From NCBI GenBank assembly GCA_038858525.1, contig JAWCFL010000028.1, forward strand, positions 1 to 19,175: a DNA stretch of 19,175 bases, given 5' to 3'. This DNA is from Candidatus Jordarchaeales archaeon. GTDB lineage: Archaea; Asgardarchaeota; Jordiarchaeia; Jordiarchaeales; Freyrarchaeaceae. Positions 7,652 through 14,349 of the stretch are shown one piece after another. The notes under the pieces were generated by a model. The model made no database searches. It saw only the letters and a program-made list of their open reading frames with translations, and was not told where the DNA came from. How positions within the stretch are numbered: the first letter of the stretch is position 1; each line of letters opens with the position of its first letter. Position numbers and translations under genes: made by a program.

Positions 7652-8248
7652 CGGTTTAATGCTCCATTCTCTTACAATGTTCTCCTTCTTGTAGAGCTCT
7701 ATGTTGCTCGTATTAAACTCGCACTTCAAGCTGACTTTGATCCTAGCTGCATCTATCATTTTGAAACCAGTAATTTTTTTCTTCTCATGGAGGAAGCCGA
7801 TAATTATGTGACATGCATTCCTCGTAACCTTACTGAATTCAACAGGCTCGTAGTAGAACGTTCTAAACGTGCTGTTTAATTGATTCTTTTCCGCTAGTTT
7901 AACCTCAATATAATATGCTTTTCCTCCACGTTCAATCAGTATGTTAGGGTAGCCCGCAAACTTGTTTTCAGGTATTATGCCCGAAAGCTTCTCTCTCAAC
8001 ATACCCTCGAGCCTAACGCTAACTTCGTTCGGCCTCAGGGAACTGAAGTCCTCACCTTGCGCCTCCTCAACAACCTCTTTAGCTTTTTCATAGATTTCAG
8101 CGACAACTTCGTCATCTTCCTCCGTTATCGAGTAAACATCGTAGCCTGTTGTCATTTTGATTACATAACTAAATGGAATGTCCCGTACTCTTCGTAAAAT
8201 GTTTTCGAAAAACTCCTTCCCCGGCAATCTACCTGAAATATCCGTCAA
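7634..8248 (-). CDS. Type II restriction endonuclease-like PD-(D/E)xK-fold protein, probable cognate of the MTase, 204 aa
   Basis: RPNEV...AGYPN...YIEVK layout. It is convergent with the MTase and overlaps it by 18 bp. TTG start with GGGAGG upstream; AT-richer than its neighbours. Confidence 0.75.
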   Translation of the reverse strand: MTDISGRLPGKEFFENILRRVRDIPFSYVIKMTTGYDVYSITEEDDEVVAEIYEKAKEVVEEAQGEDFSSLRPNEVSVRLEGMLREKLSGIIPENKFAGYPNILIERGGKAYYIEVKLAEKNQLNSTFRTFYYEPVEFSKVTRNACHIIIGFLHEKKKITGFKMIDAARIKVSLKCEFNTSNIELYKKENIVREWSIKPLPNKL

Positions 8249-8292
8249 CCAGTAAACCTCCCGTTTTGCAAATAATCAAAACCGGTTTGTGT

Positions 8293-9429
8293 TTATTGGC
8301 TACTTAATTGCAATTGTTTTTTTCCTAATATCGCGATGAATGGAAGTGTCCTCTTTAGGGGGACGCCCAGTTCGGCGAGTGCCTTCGCGTCTTTTATTTT
8401 TCCCTCGACTTCTCTCAGGTTAATTATTCGTCTCGCCAGCTTGGGCCCTATGCCGGGGACTCTGAGCAGCTCCTCGTAGCTTGCCTCGTTGACGTCGACA
8501 GGGTAAAGGTGAGGGTTGCTGAGGGCGAATGCAAGCTTCGGGTCAACATCTAAGGGCAGGTTTCCTTCCTCGCTGAAAACTATCTCCCCTAACTTGAAGC
8601 CGTAGTCTCTGAGGAGCCAGTCTGCTTGGTAAAGTCTGCGCTCTCTCACCTTCGGCGTCCTTGGCTTTGATTCGAAGCGCGTCCCTCTTATCGGGGTGAA
8701 CGCCGAGTAATACGCCCTGTTAAGCCTTAACTCCCTGTAAAGCCAGTTTACTGTTTTGAGGATTTCGAGGTCCGACTCTTCTCCGCCTCCCACAACAAAC
8801 TGCGTCGTGTGTCCCGAGGGCAGCAACCCCTTTCTTTTAAGTCCGCTAATCCACTTTAGCCTCCTCAGCAAGTCAACATTGAAGCTCTTGGTTGATGAGA
8901 GCTCTTGAAGTCTAACGCTGCTCGGCGCCTCAAGATTAACGCTGAGCCTATCAGCAAGCGTCGCCGCCTCTCTAACCACGGAGTACGATGCTCCAGGGAG
9001 AACCTTTAAATGAACGTACCCTGAGAAGCCATATTTCTCCCTAAGAATCCTAACAGCCTCTATCATTTCATTCATTGTTGAGTCGCTGTCCCCGCACACG
9101 CTAGACGAAAGGAAAAGCCCCTCAACATAGCCCTCACGGTACAGCTCCATGAAGAGCTTAGCGAACTCCTCCGGGCTAAACTTAACCCTCTTCGCCCGGG
9201 TGGACCGGGAAAATGCACAGTAACCGCAATCATGAATACAAATATTACCGTAAAGAATCTTGAGGAGGTTCATGCACCCTCCATCAGGAAGAGCTGCAGG
9301 ATAAACCCATGGACCGAGGAGGGGACGTAGGCCGGTAGCCTTCTTAACTTTGTTAAGCGTTGGAGAAGATGAACACTTGTCGAACTCCGCTCCGGCTCCC
9401 AAGACCCTTAACTTATCAACAGTATCCAT
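8293..9429 (-). CDS. Radical SAM protein with a C-terminal helix-hairpin-helix, putative DNA modification/repair family (TIGR03916-like), 378 aa
   Basis: CIHDCGYC (CxxxCxxC), EGLFLSS, GYVHLKVLPG, ADRLSVNLE, TTQFVVG, RERRLYQADWLLRDYGF, DPKLAFAL and HhH LLRVPGIGPK. The real start is ATG 9429 (GAGGAGG upstream), not 9951. Confidence 0.92.
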   Translation of the reverse strand: MDTVDKLRVLGAGAEFDKCSSSPTLNKVKKATGLRPLLGPWVYPAALPDGGCMNLLKILYGNICIHDCGYCAFSRSTRAKRVKFSPEEFAKLFMELYREGYVEGLFLSSSVCGDSDSTMNEMIEAVRILREKYGFSGYVHLKVLPGASYSVVREAATLADRLSVNLEAPSSVRLQELSSTKSFNVDLLRRLKWISGLKRKGLLPSGHTTQFVVGGGEESDLEILKTVNWLYRELRLNRAYYSAFTPIRGTRFESKPRTPKVRERRLYQADWLLRDYGFKLGEIVFSEEGNLPLDVDPKLAFALSNPHLYPVDVNEASYEELLRVPGIGPKLARRIINLREVEGKIKDAKALAELGVPLKRTLPFIAILGKKQLQLSSQ

Positions 9430-9463
9430 AAAACCCTCCTCGATATAGGAGAGGAACAAGTAT

Positions 9464-9478
9464 CCTTTAAAATTTCCC
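9464..9478 (-). promoter_or_regulatory. Putative BRE/TATA promoter for the radical SAM gene
   Basis: The minus strand reads GGGAAA-TTTTAAAGG about 35-50 nt upstream of ATG 9429. Confidence 0.35.
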
Positions 9479-9583
9479 TCCCTCTCAACCCCCTTAAGGG
9501 TTGTCGCGGCGTGAAGCGAACCGATAGAAATAAAATCCTTTAACTCGCTTCCTCTCTTCTCTAACAGAAAACCTTCATGGTGG

Positions 9584-9945
9584 TTGTCTTTGGATTTAGA
9601 TGCGGTGACGCGTAAATTCGTGGAAACTTGTAGGGAATACGCTGACCACGTGGGGTTCGCTGTTGTTTTCGGCTCTGCTGTTAACGGGTCCTTTTCCCCA
9701 GCGTCAGACGTAGACATCGCGGTATATTTCCTGGGAGATAAGAAGGAAGCTTTCGAGCTTCTAAAGAAGGTTTCAGGCCGCCTTGGGGAGAGGTTTGACG
9801 TGAAACTCTTCAGTTTCTCCCCCTCTACGTTAGGGTTGAGGCTTTGAAGGGAAAGCTCGTAATGGGAGATGAACGCCTCCTTTACGAGGTGGCAACGGAA
9901 ACAGTAAGAGAGTGGGAAGCATCTAAACCCAATTTGATTACATAA
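9584..9945 (+). pseudogene. Minimal nucleotidyltransferase (MNT/MntA-type antitoxin) with a 1-nt frameshift near 9814-9817
   Basis: FGSAVNGSFSPASDVD is a GSx10DxD motif. After ...VKLFS the protein continues in the -1 frame as LPLYVRVEALKGKLVMGDERLLYEVATETVREWE..., a typical MNT C-terminus ending at TAA 9943-9945. Confidence 0.85.
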
Positions 9946-9963
9946 AGCCATACGGTGGCGAGA

Positions 9964-10406
9964 ATGAAGAGGAAGCTGAGAACCGAAAGAATACTCAAAA
10001 GGCTGAAAGACATAAATGACGCGGTTGAACTAGTAGCAGAAAACTGCCAGAAGATTTCGAGTCATTTGCCAAGCTTGGACTAGTGAAGGACAGAGTATAA
10101 CAAAAAAGTAGAATTCGCTATAGAAAGCATACTTGACGTGCTTGCAATAATAAACACAGACCTTTCACTTGGTGCCTGCATGCGAAGGCGACATCATAGA
10201 GAACTTGAATAAGAAGGGAATTATAACTTATGATAGCTGAGGAAGTTAGAGAAATGAAGGGCTTCAGAAAAGTACTGGTTCACGGGTACGGCGAGATAGA
10301 CGACGGGTTAGCATTCGAAGCGATAAAGAACGGGTTAAGTGTCTTCGAAACCTTCATATTGGAGATAGAAAAGTTCCTCAGGTCATACAGCTCCTCTAAA
10401 AGCTGA
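9964..10406 (+). pseudogene. HEPN/DUF86 (HepT-type) RNase toxin with four frameshifts; absent from the ORF track
   Basis: Manual reconstruction: MKRKLRTERILKRLKDINDAVELVAE / LPEDFESFAKLGLVKDRV / KKVEFAIESILDVLAIINTDLSLG / PACEGDIIENLNKKGIIT / MIAEEVREMKGFRKVLVHGYGEIDDGLAFEAIKNGLSVFETFILEIEKFLRS. It carries the HEPN Rx4H motif. Frameshifts lie near 10041, 10099, 10174 and 10229. Confidence 0.85.
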
Positions 10407-10542
10407 TGGTCTGTTTAAGTACCTTAACAGTGGTGTTTAGGAAACTTTTAGAAGACAGGTGTTAAAGCGTCCTCAGAACTCCACACGTTAAAACAGGTTA
10501 ACGAAGAGGGAATCTGAGGATATGAAAACCTCCATGATTGCT

Positions 10543-11577
10543 TTACTTTTTTCCCGCTCCTCCATGTGTGAGTTTTTCGTTTAGGGCTAGGCGGACTAGG
10601 TTGCTCAGCATAAACGGCTCCATTCCTTGCGCTTCTGCTCTGCTTCTTAAGTTTAGGGCGCATAGCGGACATAGGAAAACCATTGCTTCCGCCCCACTCT
10701 CCTTAGCGTCCATGACGTTCCTCATTTTCCACTCATCCACTTTCTCCCTAGGTATCGTGGACATTCCGGTCATCGGCCCCCCGCAGCAAATCGCGTTCAA
10801 CCTATCATACCTTCTCTTAACTCTTTCAACCCCTATCCGCTCGAAGAGCTCGTCGAGCAGCTTATCCTTCCAGAGAGTATACCTTGAAGCGCATGGTTGC
10901 TGGTAAGCTACACTCATGTTCAACTCCTCGACTTCGTCCTCATGCTTTTTCACGTAATCCAGTAAGTACTCTATAATGTGGACTGGCTTGAACGGCAAGC
11001 GCAGACCATACTCTTTAGCCTTAACGGTAAGCATAACGTAGCAGTCGTCATGATAACATATCACTTCCCTAGCTCCAACTTTACTGGCGATTTTTGCTAA
11101 GTTTTCCACGAATTTTCGGGCGTTATCTCTAACCATGCTGGGTTTTCCAAGATGAACCCAGCCAATGTAGCAGAAGTATTCGCCTCCCTTAGTGACGGTT
11201 AACCCCTCGAAAAGTCTCCCCTCAATCACACCAGGAATGAAGTCGACACTGCAAAGGTTCAGAATAGGCATTCCGCGCCTACCCTCTAAGACCTGCGATG
11301 GCATCTGCGCCGCCATAACCATCATGTTTATCGCCCTCTCCGTCGCCGGGTAGCTTCCAGTCTCCTCCTGCCTTTCGTTGATGAGGTCGAATGGGTTAGC
11401 CCCCTCAGGACAAAAAGTGTTGCAAGCAACACATGTAATGCACTCAGAAGTCACTGGCGTAGGTCTTCCTTCGACAAGCTTCTTGAACTCCTCCCTAGCC
11501 TTCTCTCTCGAATACGCTAAGTAAGGGCACCTCTCAAGGCACTCCCCACATAAACTACACTTTTCCCTGTAAAACAT
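10543..11577 (-). CDS. (Fe-S)-binding oxidoreductase: 2x[4Fe-4S] ferredoxin domain plus CCG domains (HdrD/GlcF-like), 344 aa
   Basis: CSLCGECLERCP and CITCVACNTFCP; C-terminal CCG motif QPC-x34-CCG...CPLC. ATG 11577 with GGGAGG upstream. Confidence 0.9.
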   Translation of the reverse strand: MFYREKCSLCGECLERCPYLAYSREKAREEFKKLVEGRPTPVTSECITCVACNTFCPEGANPFDLINERQEETGSYPATERAINMMVMAAQMPSQVLEGRRGMPILNLCSVDFIPGVIEGRLFEGLTVTKGGEYFCYIGWVHLGKPSMVRDNARKFVENLAKIASKVGAREVICYHDDCYVMLTVKAKEYGLRLPFKPVHIIEYLLDYVKKHEDEVEELNMSVAYQQPCASRYTLWKDKLLDELFERIGVERVKRRYDRLNAICCGGPMTGMSTIPREKVDEWKMRNVMDAKESGAEAMVFLCPLCALNLRSRAEAQGMEPFMLSNLVRLALNEKLTHGGAGKK

Positions 11578-11679
11578 ACGCAAGCCTCCCACAATTAAAT
11601 AACAAACAGACGAAAACAAGTAAAAAACGGTTTCGAAAAAACCAAGGCTTAATCAGTTCCCCCAATGATAAAGATACAA

Positions 11680-11693
11680 GAACACCTTAGTTC
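11680..11693. promoter_or_regulatory. Palindromic operator candidate, copy 2 (one mismatch)
   Basis: GAACACCTTAGTTC, about 100 bp upstream of the Fe-S gene start. Confidence 0.35.
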
Positions 11694-11977
11694 CCTGCCA
11701 TAACCAAAAATCGACTTTAAAAGAGGAAAAAGCCTCAAAAATTCCGTTCTTATTTATCAATAGCTTTCTGAATGGTCAATTTAGACCTTCCAAATGCCTA
11801 AAAAACCAAAATGGTAAAGCTACTACAATCGAAAAAACATTCGCTTTAAAGGAAAGCGCCAATTGTACTCGTAGAAAAATGTCAGGAGACGCAATAGTAA
11901 GTGTGAAGAAAGGCGTTAAATTGCCCTGTTGCAGAAAATCCCCTAAATGGTAATGTAGCGTTTGGGGCAGTTTACAC

Positions 11978-12043
11978 GCTCGTTTAGGTAGCCTGAAACC
12001 GGGGGATAAGTAATTTAAATTACCGTTTCAGCATTCAACGAGC
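11978..12043. repeat. Nested inverted repeats forming a 66-nt imperfect hairpin
   Basis: GCTCGTT (11978-11984) pairs with AACGAGC (12037-12043), and CTGAAAC (11993-11999) pairs with GTTTCAG (12025-12031). They enclose the perfect 14-bp palindrome GTAATTTAAATTAC (12010-12023). Confidence 0.65.
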
Positions 12044-12139
12044 CGTCTTCATGATGAATAGAGCTCGTAGTAATGTTAGCCATAGAGGTCACATCTTTTT
12101 GGAGACCACTACAGAAATAAGAAAAATAAATTATTTCAA

Positions 12140-12153
12140 GAACATATGTGTTC
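12140..12153. promoter_or_regulatory. Palindromic operator candidate GAACA-N4-TGTTC, copy 3
   Basis: GAACATATGTGTTC, 21 bp upstream of the aldolase ATG and just after an AT-rich TATA-like tract. Confidence 0.45.
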
Positions 12154-12174
12154 CCTTCCTAGTTGGTGATACGC

Positions 12175-13083
12175 ATGTTTCGTGGAGTTATCCCTCCGAT
12201 TATCACTCCGTTCAACAGTGAAGGTGGGCTGGACGAGGCCTTTCTGAGGAGTCACGTTAATTACTTGATTAAATGTGGCGTTCATGGGGTTTTCTGTTTG
12301 AGTAGCGTCGGTGAGTTCGCCTACCTATCGGATGAGGAGAAGCTCAGAGTTATGGAGGTCGTCGTGGAGGAGGTCGCCGGGCGTGTTCCCGTGCTTGTCG
12401 GCGTCGGCCACTTTAGTTGCAGGGTTTCCGTAAATTATGCTAAAATAGCTGAGCGCTTAGGTGCAGATGGCCTAGTAGCCATAATTCTCTCCTACTTTCC
12501 CGTGACGGACGATATGGCTTACGAGTACTACGTGTCCCTTGCTGGATCCACGAGTCTTCCAGTGTTAATCTACAATTTCCCCGCAGTTACAGGCTTTGAC
12601 ATTAAGCCTGAAACCGTTGCACGTCTCGCTGAGATCGAAAACATCGTTGGGATTAAGGACACGGTTGTCGACGCCCGGCACACCCTAAAAATACTAGAGC
12701 TCGCGCCGAGTGGCTTCTCGGTTTTCCCCGGGTCAGAGATCACACTTCAAGCAGCAATGGAAGCCGGAGCCAAAGGAATGATACTCGGCACCTCAAACAT
12801 AACCCCAACTCCCTCAGTTGAGTTCTACGAAGCATACCGCTCAGGCGACATAGCGAGGGCCCGCTCTCTCCTACCAAAGGTGGTCAACCTTCTCCAGATA
12901 GTATCCATCGCCCCAGTCCAATATCTGCCCTCAATAATAAAGAACGCGATAAATCTCATTGGACGCCCAATAAACACCTTTGTCAGGAAACCTCTTCCAA
13001 GCCTCTCAAAGGAGCAACTGGAAAAGCTCAAGGAAAAAATGGTCGAGATAGGCCTTTTAGAAGCCCCGGTTAATGGAAGCTAG
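12175..13083 (+). CDS. DHDPS/NAL-family class I aldolase, likely a 2-keto-3-deoxy-sugar-acid aldolase rather than DapA, 302 aa
   Basis: GVIPPIITPF, SSVGE (in place of GTTGE), IYNFP and Schiff-base Lys in GIKDT. ATG 12175 has GGTGA upstream; the ORF-track start is TTG 12163. Confidence 0.88.
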   Translation: MFRGVIPPIITPFNSEGGLDEAFLRSHVNYLIKCGVHGVFCLSSVGEFAYLSDEEKLRVMEVVVEEVAGRVPVLVGVGHFSCRVSVNYAKIAERLGADGLVAIILSYFPVTDDMAYEYYVSLAGSTSLPVLIYNFPAVTGFDIKPETVARLAEIENIVGIKDTVVDARHTLKILELAPSGFSVFPGSEITLQAAMEAGAKGMILGTSNITPTPSVEFYEAYRSGDIARARSLLPKVVNLLQIVSIAPVQYLPSIIKNAINLIGRPINTFVRKPLPSLSKEQLEKLKEKMVEIGLLEAPVNGS

Positions 13084-14123
13084 GCTCCTTTAGCCTTCCT
13101 CAGAATTTCTTCAACCGTCATGTTGTGCTTTAACGCTATCATCTTGATGGCTCGCTCCGCCTCCTTCCTGACGTCTTCATCCGGATGGAGGCGTAGGGGG
13201 TCTATGGCTTTAACAGCCTTTACGCCTCCGGCTCTCGCTAGTGCCTTCAGCGCTGTCAGCTTAACTTGTTTGTCCTCGTCTGAAAGGGCTTCTATTAGCG
13301 TCTTCTCAGCCTCCTCGCTTCCCATGTTTCCTAGGGCGGATGCAGCCCACAAGCGCACCTTCGCATCCTCGTCCCTCAGTGCCCCCTCTAGTATCTCCCT
13401 CACTCTAGGGGACCCTGTAGAGGCTAGCGCCCTGACGACGCTCACCCGTACCTCGGCATCTTTCTCTTGTAGCATCCTGCTCAGGTAGGGGATCACCTCC
13501 TCGCCCCCTATCTTTCCAAGTGCCTCCACAGCTTCCTTTCTAACCCTCCAGTCCCAGTCATCCAGAAGCCTAATGAGCTCGTCTCTAGCCTTGCCCTCAC
13601 ATATTTCACCGAGAACCCTTGCGGCTCCGGCCCTAACCTTCCAATCATCACTTCTAAGCAATCCCACTAGTCTATCAGAGTATCTTGAAGCTCCTTTCAC
13701 CAGCGCCTCCATGGCTGCGGTTCTCACCCTCTCATCCTCATCTCCTAACGCCTTGATCAGCGCATCGAAATGGCTTCCCCCTGAAATTTTAATGATCGAT
13801 TTAAGAGCTGCAAATCTAACGTCTCCTTCTCCGTCATTCAAAAGCTTCTCAAGGGAGCTCATCACACTTATGCTACCTATCTTGCCAAGGGCGTGCGCCA
13901 CCCTAACCCTAACCTCACTGTTCCTGTCATCAACAAGCCTTGAAAGCTCGACCGCTGCATCTGCATCACCTATCTCTCCTAGAGCATCGATCGCCTCAAG
14001 CCTAACCCTCTCCTCTTCATCGCTAAGAAGATACATAAGCTGGAGCACGGCCTCCCTTCGTCTTCCAGCCCTATACTTCTCAACCGCCTCCCTAACCTTC
14101 CTAGACATGGAACCCTTAATCAT
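13080..14123 (-). CDS. HEAT-repeat (PBS-lyase/alphaRep-type) protein with 10 repeats of about 31 aa, 347 aa
   Basis: Ten recurring L-x-D-x-x-x-x-V-R-x-x-A-x-x-A-L-G units, from SDEEERVR to HPDEDVR. ATG 14123 has GGTGA 7 nt upstream; GTG 14144 is the alternative. Confidence 0.9.
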   Translation of the reverse strand: MIKGSMSRKVREAVEKYRAGRRREAVLQLMYLLSDEEERVRLEAIDALGEIGDADAAVELSRLVDDRNSEVRVRVAHALGKIGSISVMSSLEKLLNDGEGDVRFAALKSIIKISGGSHFDALIKALGDEDERVRTAAMEALVKGASRYSDRLVGLLRSDDWKVRAGAARVLGEICEGKARDELIRLLDDWDWRVRKEAVEALGKIGGEEVIPYLSRMLQEKDAEVRVSVVRALASTGSPRVREILEGALRDEDAKVRLWAASALGNMGSEEAEKTLIEALSDEDKQVKLTALKALARAGGVKAVKAIDPLRLHPDEDVRKEAERAIKMIALKHNMTVEEILRKAKGA

Positions 14124-14176
14124 CGCAAATTCACCACTCGCCACTCATAAAACCCAAAAATTAGAGAATCTCCTAC

Positions 14177-14184
14177 TATTTAAA
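14177..14184 (-). promoter_or_regulatory. Putative TATA box for the HEAT-repeat gene
   Basis: The minus strand reads TTTAAATA about 54 nt upstream of ATG 14123. Confidence 0.4.
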
Positions 14185-14349
14185 CTTAAACATGTCAAAC
14201 TTCATCGGCCTTAAACATCACCAGCTTCACCAACCCTTCTGTTGAGGGAATGAGGAATGATAGGCTAAGTCTGTTGCGTGTCGCGCTCTTCCCAATGCTA
14301 CACTCAGCTACATTTCCGGCTTGAAGGGCTGCTTGGAGCGTTAGGGCTC

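Noticed and set aside
8293-8325. Radical SAM C-terminal KKQLQL as a clamp-binding motif
   Set aside because: It lacks the aromatic residues required by both the PIP and bacterial QLxLF motifs.
9430-9951. 174-aa N-terminal extension of the radical SAM ORF in the ORF track
   Set aside because: It is S/T/P-rich with no domain and lies antisense to the MNT pseudogene and across the divergent promoter. The family-typical N-terminus and a strong RBS are at ATG 9429.
10411-10430. Small hairpin CTGTTTAAG-TAC-CTTAACAG between convergent genes as a terminator
   Set aside because: The stem is short and bulged with a 3-nt loop and no clear U tract, which is too weak to call.
6576-10542. Integrated mobile element boundaries around the R-M/TA island
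   Set aside because: I found no integrase, transposase, tRNA target or flanking direct repeats by eye.
11881-12112. Riboswitch-like words (GTCAGGAGAC, cobalamin-like; TAGAGGTC...GGAGACCACTAC, lysine-like)
   Set aside because: These are short word matches only; the required conserved cores, lengths and helices are missing.
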